Source: Candidatus Latescibacterota bacterium
GTDB taxonomy: Bacteria; Latescibacterota; UBA2968; GCA-2709665
Reading direction: 5' to 3'
NCBI GenBank assembly: GCA_965203805.1
Contig: OZ241917.1
Coordinates: forward strand, 5,248,001-5,312,000
DNA length: 64,000 nt
Position numbers and translations under genes: made by a program. Of this stretch, positions 38,258 through 47,999 are shown piece after piece. Position 1 is the stretch's first letter. Each line of letters opens with the position of its first letter. The notes under the pieces were generated by a model. It worked only from the letters and a program-made list of their open reading frames with translations, made no database searches and was not told the origin of the DNA.

Positions 38258-39343
38258 CTAACGGCTGACTGCTGAAAGCTGCTTTTCCAGGAACCCATAC
38301 GCGAGTTCCCGCTGTGCGTGGGCGAATCCATGTCCCTCTTCGTGAAGGACCTGGCGGTAGTTGGCCGCCGCGCCATATAGCGAAAAGACGCTGGACACGG
38401 CGTCGCCCATGCGCTCGAGGACGGGCCGTGCGAGTCGGGTTTCCTCCAGGCTGTACTGAAAGTCATTGAGCGCGGTGATGTGCATGATGGCGCGGGGCGC
38501 GGCCAGGGCAAGGGTTTCGTGGAGTTCGATCGGGAAGGGCTTGCCGGCCTGACAGTACGGCCTGAGAAAGGGGCGCCCCACCCACCAGCCTGTCCTCGCG
38601 TGATTGAAGGGGTTTTTGGAGAACCGCGCGGGCCAGTCGCCGCAACTCGCGACGCCGGCCGAGATGCGCGGCTCGAGTGCCATCGCGTGGATCGTGATGC
38701 CGCCCCCCTGAGAATGGCCGATGGATCCGACGCGTTGGGCATCGGCCTCCGGGATGGTTTCGAGCAGATCGATCGCCCGGCTCAGGTCCCACAGGTCTTT
38801 CCCGCGGACGGACCATTCCGGGAATTTTTCATAAAAGGGCGCGGTGTCGAAGTCGCGAAGCCCTTCGTATTTGCGTTCGTTGGCGCTCAAAAGGTCGTAC
38901 GCCAGGGTGATGAAGCCGCGCCTGACGAGGTGAAGCGCGTACGCGCGGTCCTGGCCCTTTTCGGTCCGGTCGTTCCCGATGACCTGTTCTCTCCCGAACG
39001 GCGTGGTGGGGTGGATGCAGAGCACGGCAGGGGCCCTGCCGTTCAATCCTTCCGGGATGAGCACGTCAGCGACAATGCGTTCGTCCGGCCCCACGTTGTA
39101 GGCGATGCTTCGCTTGACGTGGTCTCCCTGGCCCGTTTCCGACACAACCTCAACGTCGAGCGGACTGACCTCCGCAGGGCCTCGACCCAGGGTCTGGCGG
39201 AATATCAGCCGCAGCGCATCCGCTTTTGTTTCCCACGCTTCCACCGCTTCGATTGTTGCGATATGAGACGGCCCTCCGCCCATGGTGAGGCCGTCTCCGC
39301 CGCTTCGGATTTCCAGCAGATCGTCGAACGTGATGTCGGCCAT
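38258..39343 (-). CDS. Alpha/beta hydrolase (dienelactone hydrolase / acetylxylan esterase-like)
   Basis: PAVLCIH, nucleophile GHSQGG, APR, GHGF; last codons overlap TCAGC heptamer repeats. Confidence 0.85.
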   Translation of the reverse strand: MADITFDDLLEIRSGGDGLTMGGGPSHIATIEAVEAWETKADALRLIFRQTLGRGPAEVSPLDVEVVSETGQGDHVKRSIAYNVGPDERIVADVLIPEGLNGRAPAVLCIHPTTPFGREQVIGNDRTEKGQDRAYALHLVRRGFITLAYDLLSANERKYEGLRDFDTAPFYEKFPEWSVRGKDLWDLSRAIDLLETIPEADAQRVGSIGHSQGGGITIHAMALEPRISAGVASCGDWPARFSKNPFNHARTGWWVGRPFLRPYCQAGKPFPIELHETLALAAPRAIMHITALNDFQYSLEETRLARPVLERMGDAVSSVFSLYGAAANYRQVLHEEGHGFAHAQRELAYGFLEKQLSAVSR

Positions 39344-39536
39344 ATGCGACCCCCGATCAGATTGTCTAGATTGTCAGGATGACAGGCGACGTTCATCCTC
39401 GGCTCGTCTTCATGCGGCTGAACACCGCCTGTATTCTCGTCAAGATACAGAATTCCGGCAATATACACGGGTCTCTGGAACTGGCGCAACCGTGAAAAAG
39501 GCCTGGTGATATCAGTTTCCGGATGAATGGAATCCT

Positions 39537-39564
39537 GTAGGGGCGACCGGCCGGTCGTCCCTAC
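39537..39564. repeat. Uninterrupted GTAG-type REP palindrome
   Basis: gtaggggcgaccggccggtcgtccctac. Confidence 0.75.
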
Positions 39565-39606
39565 GAATGCAATGGCGGTGAGACCCTCACCCCCGGCCGT
39601 GGAGAA

Positions 39607-39693
39607 GCAGCGATCAGCTCTCAGCCATCAGCTTGAAGCAGAGGCGAAAATCAACTTCAAATTCAAGATCCACATCTCCCCAAATTCCCTGCC
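39607..39693 (+). repeat. Composite intergenic repeat related to 27368-27440
   Basis: TCAGC heptamers then ttgaa..agag.cgaa.atcaa.ttcaa..tccccaaattccctgcc. Confidence 0.7.
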
Positions 39694-40030
39694 TACGGGG
39701 TGTTCCTTTTGAAGCGACCAAAAGGAACCAAAAGTCGCCACTGGGCGTGGGGCCTGCCACAGGCACAGCGCGAACATACTCGCAGGATGCACATCATCCT
39801 CTGCCCTGACACCCGCGGAGGAACATCAAACCACGTTGCTGGACGGAACCGCGCGCTCTGCTCTGGTAGTCCTCTCGAAAAGCGATTTATACGTGCATAC
39901 ATTGGTTTCTTTTAAGCGAGGTGTAAATAGCTATCAACGATAGGCTTTCAGATTAATCAACATCACTTCACGTCGGTGACGTGGAGAGGGGTTTTTCCGT
40001 GTTAATCCGTTCTCCAAATTTGTTATATAT

Positions 40031-40155
40031 TGCCATCGCCGCCGTCAGGGCGGTACCGGTACGCGGGGATCCACCACCGATGCCTCCATCTCGATGAACA
40101 TACGAGGGTTGCATCTCCGCGGGTGATGGCAGGATTGACGGTAGGGGGTGAGGCG
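40031..40155 (+). promoter_or_regulatory. Candidate attenuator leader of the ABC-F gene
   Basis: tgccatcgcc/ggtgatggca stem; alternative ccgtca/tgacgg pairing next to the RBS; uORFs MPPSR* (40080) and MNIRGLHLRG* (40094). Confidence 0.4.
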
Positions 40156-41712
40156 GTGCTTCAGGTACATGGCTTACGCATTGCCTATGGGGCTGTTACC
40201 GTGCTGGACGGCATTTCGTTCAGCCTGCACGGCGGAGAGGCGGTAGCAGTGGTGGGCGCGAACGGCTGCGGCAAGACCACGCTGCTGAAGTGCCTTACGG
40301 GCGAGATCACGGATTACGATGGCGACGTCGCCCTGGGACGGTCGGTGACCTGGGCCTGCGTACCCCAGGAAAGCCCCGCGGAATTCGAGGGATCGGCGGC
40401 GGCGCGCGCGCTGTCATTCGACGCGGAACTTTCGCGGCTGCACGCCGGTATTCAGGCCGGGCGGCACGAATTCTATCAGGACTATTACGAGTCGGGGGGG
40501 TTCGAACGCGAGGACCGGGTCCGAGCCTTTGCCGCAAATTTCTGCGTGGACCTGGAATCGCGGTATGGGAGCATGTCCCGCGGGCAGCAGCGAAAGGTGG
40601 ACCTGGCGGGAGCGCTTGCGCTGGACGCGGACATGCTGTTGTTCGACGAGCCGCTTAACTACCTGGATATCAGGGGCATTACGGCATTCGAGGAGGCCAT
40701 CCGCCTTGTCAAACGACGGGGATGCGCGGTGCTGATCGTAAGCCACGATCGGGAGCTGATCGACAATGTGGCGGACCGGACGGTCTACCTTGAACGGGGG
40801 AGCATGTTCTCGGTCCAGGGCGGCTATTCGTCGGCGCTGGAGTACAAGGAGCGGGACTTTCAGGGCAGAATGGACCGGGCGCGGGCGCTCAGAAAGAAGA
40901 TTTTCCGTCTTCAGGAGGCCATGCGGAGGCGGATGTCGTGGGGGGTGAGCCGGGAGAACGAGACGAGGGACTCCTCGAGCCGTCGTCTGGCCGCAAAGGT
41001 GATGAAGGGCGCGAAGGTGATGGAACGGCGCCTCGAACGGCACACGGTTGACCTGGAAGCGGAGAAACCCTGGATCGAAAAGCAAATCAGGATGAATTTC
41101 CCAACCTACGTGGTAGACCGCAGGCTGGTGGGGCGGATGGAGTCGGCGGGCAAACAGTGGGATGGCAACACGGTACTGGAATCGCTGGACCTGGTTGTGG
41201 AGACAAGGGACCGGATCGCAGTCATGGGGCCGAACGGGGCGGGAAAGACAACGCTCCTGAACGTAATGGCGGGGAAACTGCCGCCGGATTCGGGCTCGGT
41301 ATACTTCAATAAAAACGTGAGGACGGGATATGTAACGCAGGGCCTGGACGGATTTTACGACCGGGAGATCTTCCTCGACAATTTCCGGGACGTCGATTGC
41401 GACGAAAGCGAGGTGCGCCAGTTCCTGGGGGCCGCAAAGCTGCGGGCCGAAAAGGTCGTTCGCCCAACCCATACTCTGAGTTACGGTGAGCGAATGCGCG
41501 GCGCCATTGTGAAGATGATCCTGAAGCGGATGGAGTTTCTGGTGCTCGACGAGCCCACGACGCACCTGGACGTCGAGTCCGTGGAGGTGCTGGAAAAGCT
41601 GCTGGAGCGCTTTCCCGGCGGTTTCGTCGTCGTCAGCCACGACCGTCGGTTGGTCACCCGCGTGGCGAATGAAATCTATATGCTGGAAAACGGAAAGCTG
41701 GAAATGCTGTAG
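40156..41712 (+). CDS. ABC-F family ATPase (ribosome-associated; antibiotic-resistance ARE-like linker)
   Basis: Two ABC domains (GANGCGKT/DEPLNYLD; GPNGAGKT/LSYGE/DEPTTHLD/VSHDR), no TM segments, long basic linker; GTG start after ggggtgagg. Confidence 0.85.
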   Translation: MLQVHGLRIAYGAVTVLDGISFSLHGGEAVAVVGANGCGKTTLLKCLTGEITDYDGDVALGRSVTWACVPQESPAEFEGSAAARALSFDAELSRLHAGIQAGRHEFYQDYYESGGFEREDRVRAFAANFCVDLESRYGSMSRGQQRKVDLAGALALDADMLLFDEPLNYLDIRGITAFEEAIRLVKRRGCAVLIVSHDRELIDNVADRTVYLERGSMFSVQGGYSSALEYKERDFQGRMDRARALRKKIFRLQEAMRRRMSWGVSRENETRDSSSRRLAAKVMKGAKVMERRLERHTVDLEAEKPWIEKQIRMNFPTYVVDRRLVGRMESAGKQWDGNTVLESLDLVVETRDRIAVMGPNGAGKTTLLNVMAGKLPPDSGSVYFNKNVRTGYVTQGLDGFYDREIFLDNFRDVDCDESEVRQFLGAAKLRAEKVVRPTHTLSYGERMRGAIVKMILKRMEFLVLDEPTTHLDVESVEVLEKLLERFPGGFVVVSHDRRLVTRVANEIYMLENGKLEML

Positions 41713-41730
41713 TGACGGAGGCCGTGGATT

Positions 41731-42876
41731 TCAGGGAGAACCGGTTTCCCAGAAGTAGATCGGTTTGCCCGTGGCGTCGATATAGCCGGATCGTCTTTCT
41801 CCGACCACGGGAGCCACGCCGTCGTTGAAGGGCCAGACCCTGGTGAATTGGGGTTCGACGATGTAATCGCCCTGTTGATTGATATACCCCCATCTGCCGT
41901 CGACCATGACGGCGGCGATTCCTTCGGAGAAGTGCTCGACGTGGTCGAAGCGAGGCTGGACGACAAAAACGCCGGTCTTGTCGATGAAACCGAATTGATC
42001 CCCGATTCGGGCGCCGGCCAGGCCTTCGCGAAAGGCGTGCGCCTCATCGAATTTGAGCGGTATGACGACTTTTCCGGTTTTGTCGATGTATCCCTGCTTG
42101 TCGCCAATGCCCACGCGTCCAAGTCCCTCCGCGAATCCCATGGCCCTTTCGAATCGCGGTGGAATGACCATCTCGCCGGTCTTATCGATATAGCCGAATT
42201 TATCGTCTTTTTTTGCGGCGTACGGCGCTTTGAAGTCAAAGGGTGGGTTTGCCATGGACGGGGCTCCTTTCCGTACCGTTCTCGATAACGGCGATGAGTG
42301 CGTTGCGGACGTCAGGGCTTCTTCGTCAGGCGTAAACCGCATATCTGTGAATGTTTCTTCGAGTTGTTTGCGCACTTTCCGTTTGGCCCTCAGGATGCGC
42401 ATCGTGACGGCTTTGTAAGTAAGGCTGTGGATTGATTGCAGGTCGGCATATCGGACGTCGTCCAGGTAACGGGCTTTGAGCAGACTCGCGTCCAGTCCCG
42501 GCAGCTTGTCGATTGCCCGCATGGTTCTTTCAAACGTCTCATCATGAATCAGACGCGCCTCAGCGGACCGATCGCGGTCGGGTTCCGCGTTTGTAAGAGG
42601 TTGGATGTCGGGTCGTTTGCGCCGCAGCCGGTTCAGGCATTCGCGACGGGCAATTTGACGCAGCCACGCCTCGAAACTCTCCGGGTGTCTTAGAAGAGCG
42701 AGGTTCCGATACGCCTTGAGGAAGACGTCCTGAGCGATGTCCTGGGCATCGTCAGGATGGCGGGTCCAGAGCAGGACCTGGGCGTATATGGAACCGTAGT
42801 GCTTCCGGATGAGTGGTTCGAGCGACCGGGTATCGCCCGCAAGGATCTCGCGGATCAGTTGTGCGTCCTGGTTCAA
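41731..42876 (-). CDS. ECF sigma-70 factor fused to a C-terminal WG-repeat domain
   Basis: DAQDIAQDVFLKAY, FEAWLRQIARR, region 4; then repeats GYIDKTG.VIP..F.EGLA. Confidence 0.85.
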   Translation of the reverse strand: MNQDAQLIREILAGDTRSLEPLIRKHYGSIYAQVLLWTRHPDDAQDIAQDVFLKAYRNLALLRHPESFEAWLRQIARRECLNRLRRKRPDIQPLTNAEPDRDRSAEARLIHDETFERTMRAIDKLPGLDASLLKARYLDDVRYADLQSIHSLTYKAVTMRILRAKRKVRKQLEETFTDMRFTPDEEALTSATHSSPLSRTVRKGAPSMANPPFDFKAPYAAKKDDKFGYIDKTGEMVIPPRFERAMGFAEGLGRVGIGDKQGYIDKTGKVVIPLKFDEAHAFREGLAGARIGDQFGFIDKTGVFVVQPRFDHVEHFSEGIAAVMVDGRWGYINQQGDYIVEPQFTRVWPFNDGVAPVVGERRSGYIDATGKPIYFWETGSP

Positions 42877-43041
42877 GGTGAATCCTTTTTAGATAAAGAC
42901 ACGCGAGCGATCTTTTTTCTTCTCTTTTTTCTTATGTAATATAATGAATCGACCGCGAAGAGATCAGGCAGTGCGCATTGAATCTGTCCACGCCACCGGA
43001 AACGACGTGAAGCGCATGCCCTCAATCCGTCCGGAGTCGAC

Positions 43042-44058
43042 TTGAAAGTCATCTATTCGCCGACCCACCGGCGCCACGCGCCGCGCTATCAGTTTATCGG
43101 AGGCGGGCTGAAGCCGTATCCCGAGGTCCCCGCGCGGGCGGAGGCGATTCTGCGCGCGATCGAAGTGGCCCATGACGTGCTGCCGCCGCGGGCGTTTTCG
43201 ATGGATGCCATTGGCGCGGTTCACGACCCGGGATATCTGCGCTTCCTGGAGCACGTCCACGCGGCGTGGGTGGATCGAGGTGGAGGGGGCGACACCGGGC
43301 TGATTCCCGACACGTTCGCCGCGCGCGCGTCGGCCCGCCTTCCGCGCGACGTCATACATCAGGCGGGTTACTATAGCTTCGAGACGCAGACGCCCATTGT
43401 GGCGCACACCTTCGAGGCGGCGCGCGACGCCGCGTTCTGCGCGCTGACCGGCGCCGCGATGCTGCTCGAGGGCGAGGCATCGGTCTACGCGCTCTGCCGT
43501 CCTCCGGGCCACCACGCGGCGGGCGAACTTTACGGCGGCTATTGCTATCTGAACCACGCGGCGATTGCGGCGAGACATCTCAGCGCCTCCGGACGGGCAG
43601 CCGTTCTGGATCTGGACTATCACCACGGGAACGGAACGCAGTCGATATTCTACGCGTCGGACGCGGTCCCGTTCGTTTCGATCCACGCGGCCCCGGACCA
43701 CGAGTATCCCTGGTTCAGCGGGTATGCGGACGAGGCGGGGGCGGGCGCCGGGAGAGGGTCGAATGTCAATTTCCCGCTTCCAATCGGCGCCGGCGATATG
43801 CGATACCTTGAGACCCTGGACCGGGCCCTGAACGAAGTGGAGGGATTCGCCCCCGCCTTTCTGGTGGTTTCGCTGGGCGTGGACGTCTGCCGGGACGACC
43901 CTATCGGCAAGTTCGACCTTCCGGTCCCTTCGTTTGAGGCGATCGGGCGTCGCCTTGCCCGGATGGACCTTCCGACGCTGTTGGTTCAGGAGGGCGGATA
44001 CGACCTGGAAACCATTGGCCCCTGTGTGCAGAATGTGCTTGATGGATTTGGGCGATAG
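43042..44058 (+). CDS. Histone deacetylase family / acetylpolyamine amidohydrolase
   Basis: RPPGHHA, GGYCYLN, DLDYHHGNGTQ, SLGVD, QEGGY. Confidence 0.92.
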   Translation: MKVIYSPTHRRHAPRYQFIGGGLKPYPEVPARAEAILRAIEVAHDVLPPRAFSMDAIGAVHDPGYLRFLEHVHAAWVDRGGGGDTGLIPDTFAARASARLPRDVIHQAGYYSFETQTPIVAHTFEAARDAAFCALTGAAMLLEGEASVYALCRPPGHHAAGELYGGYCYLNHAAIAARHLSASGRAAVLDLDYHHGNGTQSIFYASDAVPFVSIHAAPDHEYPWFSGYADEAGAGAGRGSNVNFPLPIGAGDMRYLETLDRALNEVEGFAPAFLVVSLGVDVCRDDPIGKFDLPVPSFEAIGRRLARMDLPTLLVQEGGYDLETIGPCVQNVLDGFGR

Positions 44059-44154
44059 GCGTTAATTGTCGGTTCGGACACCCCGCACGAAAACAGGCGG
44101 TTTCGGCGCCAAAGCCCTGCTGGCGCCGGCGTTGGCCGGCGAAAGGTGGAAGCC

Positions 44155-44901
44155 ATGATTCTCGCTGAAATGACATCACCGGAAGTCGACGCCCTCCCCC
44201 GCGACATCGTTGTGCTGATTCCGGTGGCCTCCTGCGAACAGCACAGCCTGCACCTGCCCGTGTTTACCGACAGCCTCATCGGCGGCGAGGTGGCCAGGCG
44301 CGTGCACGAACGATGTCCGGACGACATGCTGGCGCTGCCGGTGCAGTGGCTGGGGTACTCGCAGCATCACATCCGTTATCCGGGGACGGTGAGCGCCGTC
44401 TCCGAAACGCACCTGCTGCTGATGATGGACATCGTGGCGTCCATGGTCGGGCACGGGTTCCGGAAGATTCTGATTCAGAACAGCCACGGCGGCAACGGCG
44501 CGAATGTCTCTGTACTTTTGCAGCGGTTGATGGAAAGGTACCCCGACGGCGACGTGGAGTTTTATTCACGCTGGGCCTGGGCCTCCGGCGATACGCTTGA
44601 CGGAATTCGGCAGCTCGGCTCGGGCGGGTCCGGCCACGCGGGCGAGACGGAGACGTCCATGATCCTGGCGATCCGACCCGATCTCGTTCGCACGGACCGG
44701 CTGGACGCGGACGGCGAGCGGGACGGCATGCGGGTGCCGGGCGCGGCCTCGTACTACCGGTTCGATCAACGCACGAGACACGGGGGGGTTGGCGATCCGC
44801 GTCCCGCAAGCGCGGAGCACGGGGAGCAGATGCTGGATGCTTCCGCCGACGAAGTGGCGGAGCACGTGCGGCGGATTCGGGCCCTGAAGCCGTTCGGTTA
44901 G
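44155..44901 (+). CDS. Creatininase family amidohydrolase
   Basis: EQHSLHLP..TD, NSHGGN, HAGETETS. Confidence 0.9.
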   Translation: MILAEMTSPEVDALPRDIVVLIPVASCEQHSLHLPVFTDSLIGGEVARRVHERCPDDMLALPVQWLGYSQHHIRYPGTVSAVSETHLLLMMDIVASMVGHGFRKILIQNSHGGNGANVSVLLQRLMERYPDGDVEFYSRWAWASGDTLDGIRQLGSGGSGHAGETETSMILAIRPDLVRTDRLDADGERDGMRVPGAASYYRFDQRTRHGGVGDPRPASAEHGEQMLDASADEVAEHVRRIRALKPFG

Positions 44902-44974
44902 CAGACCAGTGAATGAGTCGCTCTGCAGGTCACTGTCCGGGCAATTGCCTTTGCGTGTCAAAACCGACTGCATA

Positions 44975-45098
44975 GCCACAAAATGCACAAAAGGCACAGA
45001 AGAAAAGAAGATCACGGGCGTATTATGGAAGTCAGGCAACATGGAAATCCATTCGACAGTTCACGGAATTCGATTTCTCATTTTGTGCCTCTTGTGGC
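44975..45098. repeat. Inverted clusters of 9-bp repeats (gccacaaaatgcacaaaaggcaca ... tttgtgcctcttgtggc) enclosing ~80 bp
   Basis: Read directly. Confidence 0.6.
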
Positions 45099-45154
45099 AA
45101 TTGTGCACGATCAAGTGAAATCGGCAGGCTGAAACGATATCCGGAGGAGATTGC

Positions 45155-45946
45155 ATGCGCACAAATCGACTGAGTGAATTGTTGAAAGCGGACAAGCCGA
45201 GCGTCGGAACCCACGTGCACAGCCCGTGGCCGACGGTTATGGAACTGGTTGGGTTATCCGGCAAGTTCGACTACGTGGAATACGTCTCGGAATATGCGCC
45301 GTACGACCTGCATACGTTCGAGAACCTCGCCCGTGCGATCGAGCTTTACGATATGTCGTCCATGATCAAGGTGGAGCAGGAACCGAGATCGCACCTGGCT
45401 TCCCGGGCGATCGGCGCGGGCATACAGAACGTGCTGTTCGCCGACGTGCGGAACGTCTCCGATGCCCGCGAGTGCGTAAATGCGGTACGCGCCGAAACGC
45501 CGAAGACAGGCGGGCAGCACGGGGCGAGCATGCGCCGGACGATGGGGTTCGGGATGGCCGGGGGCCTGCCGGAGTTCGTGGATGCCATGGAGGACGTTGT
45601 CATTGCCATAATGATCGAGAAGGCGCCCGCCGTGGAGAATCTGGAGGCGCTGCTGTCCGTGGACGGCATCGATATGGTGCAATTCGGCCCCGGTGACTAT
45701 TCCATGAGTATCGGCCACCCGGGCGAGTACGGAAGCGAGCGAGTCAGGGAGGCGGAGAAGTTCGTCATCGAAACGTCGTTGAAGATGGGCGTCGCGCCGC
45801 GCGCGGAAATCAGCAGTCCGGAACAGGCGGAGCGTTATCTGGACATGGGGGTGAAACACTTCTGCATCGGTACGGACGTCAGCATCCTGATGGATTGGTT
45901 CCGCACTCAGGGAGAGGAAATGCGGCGGGTACTCGAAGGCGCATAA
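45155..45946 (+). CDS. HpcH/HpaI aldolase family protein
   Basis: IMIEK, DGIDMVQFGPGDYSMSIG; RBS ggagga. Confidence 0.85.
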   Translation: MRTNRLSELLKADKPSVGTHVHSPWPTVMELVGLSGKFDYVEYVSEYAPYDLHTFENLARAIELYDMSSMIKVEQEPRSHLASRAIGAGIQNVLFADVRNVSDARECVNAVRAETPKTGGQHGASMRRTMGFGMAGGLPEFVDAMEDVVIAIMIEKAPAVENLEALLSVDGIDMVQFGPGDYSMSIGHPGEYGSERVREAEKFVIETSLKMGVAPRAEISSPEQAERYLDMGVKHFCIGTDVSILMDWFRTQGEEMRRVLEGA

Positions 45947-46036
45947 CGTTCCGTGGCCGGCCGAAAAAAGACGGACGGCGCGGGTTCTGGCGGCCCGTGA
46001 GGAAGTTGCGGCGGGCCGAAGGGAGGCGATTTTCTG

Positions 46037-47092
46037 ATGGCAATGGAAGCAAACGATAATGGCCGGTGGGATCCTCACGGACTCTGGAACACGGAAAATC
46101 CCCGCATGCACGTGGGTACACAGCGGTTCGATACAACGGACGAACACCTGTCCTTCCTCGCGCGCCACGGCGTAAACAGCATGGCCGCGAACGATATCAC
46201 GTTCCACCGCGATCGGGGATGGGACGCCGGGGAACTTGCGGCGAAACGTGAAAAGTGCGCGCGTTACGGCGTGAACCTGGAGATGGTGGCGCTGCCCCTC
46301 CATCAGTTCAACGAAGACGGTGGTTCGGTACCCAACTACATGCTGGGCAACTGGAAAAAGGGAGAGAAGGAGATCGAACGGGTCTGCAGGATGGTGCGCG
46401 CCACGTCCGAAGCCGGCATTCCCGCCATCAAGTATTTTCTGTGCGAGATGGAAAACCAGCGGACGGAAAGCGTGCCGCTCGGGCGCGGCGGCGTACGGTA
46501 CTCCACGTGGGACCTCTCGAAGGCCGCCGCGGATACGCCGCGTTACGACAAACCCGTGACCGCCGAGGAAAACTGGAAGCGTGTCACTTTCTTCCTGGAG
46601 CGGGTGATCCCCGTCGCCGAAGAATGCAAAGTCCGCATGGCCTGCCATCCCTGCGACCCGTGGTTGCCGCCGGGGTACAAGGGCGTGGACCGCGTCCTGG
46701 GCGGCGCGGAGGGGTTCAAGCGGTTTATCGAGATTTGCCCCAGTCCCTATCACGGCCTGAATCTCTGTCTGGGCTGCATGGCCGAGAGCGTGGAGGACCC
46801 CGCCACGGAGGTGCCGGACATCATCCGGTATTTCGGAAAACGGAAGAAAATCCACCTGATCCACTATCGAAATATCTTCGGCGGGCGCAACAGGTTCCAG
46901 GAAGTCTGGCCCGATGAAGGCGACATGAATATGTACACGCTGATGCAGGCGTTGAAAGACGTGGGCTATCCGCACATGGTCGTGCCGGACCACGCTCCGG
47001 GCCACAGCGCGCCCGGGAGTTTCGAACAGGCCTTCGCCTTCCAGTTCGGCTACATCAAGGCGATGATGCAGGCGGTGCTCTCGGCTGATTGA
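46037..47092 (+). CDS. uxuA: Mannonate dehydratase family protein
   Basis: FLERVIPVAEE..VRMACHPCDP, SPYHGLNLCLG, IHYRN, PDHAP. Confidence 0.8.
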   Translation: MAMEANDNGRWDPHGLWNTENPRMHVGTQRFDTTDEHLSFLARHGVNSMAANDITFHRDRGWDAGELAAKREKCARYGVNLEMVALPLHQFNEDGGSVPNYMLGNWKKGEKEIERVCRMVRATSEAGIPAIKYFLCEMENQRTESVPLGRGGVRYSTWDLSKAAADTPRYDKPVTAEENWKRVTFFLERVIPVAEECKVRMACHPCDPWLPPGYKGVDRVLGGAEGFKRFIEICPSPYHGLNLCLGCMAESVEDPATEVPDIIRYFGKRKKIHLIHYRNIFGGRNRFQEVWPDEGDMNMYTLMQALKDVGYPHMVVPDHAPGHSAPGSFEQAFAFQFGYIKAMMQAVLSAD

Positions 47093-47105
47093 AATCGGAA
47101 GGATA
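47066..47105 (+). repeat. 40-bp direct repeat, copy 1 (3' end of the uxuA-like gene)
   Basis: 36/40 identical to 48000-48039. Confidence 0.9.
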
Positions 47106-47191
47106 ACAGCTTCTTGGACTCGTCCCGTCGATCCGGCGTCCGTAAGTCGATATTCTTTGGAGAGAACCCACGTATCCCTGGAGTCGTGACG

Positions 47192-47530
47192 ATGTTCGAT
47201 ACGAGCATATTCGACAGGGCGCTTAAGAAACGAAGAGAGAAGCAAAACCGCGAGAGACAGGAGTGTCTGCGTTCGGTTACGGATACTCTGAAGCGGATCC
47301 GTGGCGAATACGACATTTGTGAAGCATACGTTACGGGTTCGCTGTTGGTGGCGTATAGATGGAACAAAGCGTCCGACGTCGACGTGGCAGTCGGTGGGTG
47401 CTCCCGATCGGTCCTGGACGTGATGAAAGCGCTGGAAGACGCTACCGGCAGGACCGTGGACGTCATCGATCTGGAAATGCATCCATTTCCAGATTCGGTC
47501 AGGGACGGGGGTTTGAAAGTATATGGATGA
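47192..47530 (+). CDS. MNT (minimal nucleotidyltransferase) antitoxin
   Basis: YVTGSL...SDVDVAV, RTVDVIDL; overlaps the HEPN gene. Confidence 0.85.
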   Translation: MFDTSIFDRALKKRREKQNRERQECLRSVTDTLKRIRGEYDICEAYVTGSLLVAYRWNKASDVDVAVGGCSRSVLDVMKALEDATGRTVDVIDLEMHPFPDSVRDGGLKVYG

Positions 47531-47984
47531 AACCGGGGTGGCCATCCTGAAAGCCGAAATCGATTCGCGTGAACGTGACATCAACGGTGTCTACCAGCGG
47601 ATCGAGAAGCGGCGGGAGACATTCCGCGAGACGGCGGAAGGCATGGACAGTATGGCCTATCAGATCCATAACCTCTATTCCGCTTTCGAGCAACTCTTTG
47701 AAACAGTCGTTCGATTCTTTGAGAACCGCCTTGAAGAGGAGCGGTATCACGTAGACCTCTTGCGCCGGATGCGGCTGGAAATCGATGGCATCAGGCCTGC
47801 CCTGGTTTCCGGAGAAGCTTTTAATCTGCTGGATCAATTGCGCAGGTTCCGGCACTTCTTCCGTCACGCATATACGGCCGAATTGAATCCACGGTTGCTG
47901 GAGGATCATCTCATCAACGCCGAACGCCTGCGACAGATCCATCGGCGGGATTTGGACAATTTCATAAGGCAGTTGACGGCGTAG
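47523..47984 (+). CDS. HEPN-domain RNase toxin (HepT-like)
   Basis: HNLYSAFE, RRFRHFFRHAY (RX4H). Confidence 0.85.
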   Translation: MDETGVAILKAEIDSRERDINGVYQRIEKRRETFRETAEGMDSMAYQIHNLYSAFEQLFETVVRFFENRLEEERYHVDLLRRMRLEIDGIRPALVSGEAFNLLDQLRRFRHFFRHAYTAELNPRLLEDHLINAERLRQIHRRDLDNFIRQLTA

Positions 47985-47999
47985 GCGTATTCGCGCTGC

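Noticed and set aside
39693-39915. 69-71-aa ORFs on both strands
   Set aside because: No motifs; the region looks like non-coding repeat-derived sequence (cttttg..caaaaggaaccaaaag)
45254-47584. 776-aa minus-strand ORF, and similar long antisense ORFs (25722-27140, 52152-53459, 57219-58634, 61742-63040)
   Set aside because: Shadow frames opposite well-supported genes in GC-rich DNA, with no recognisable motifs
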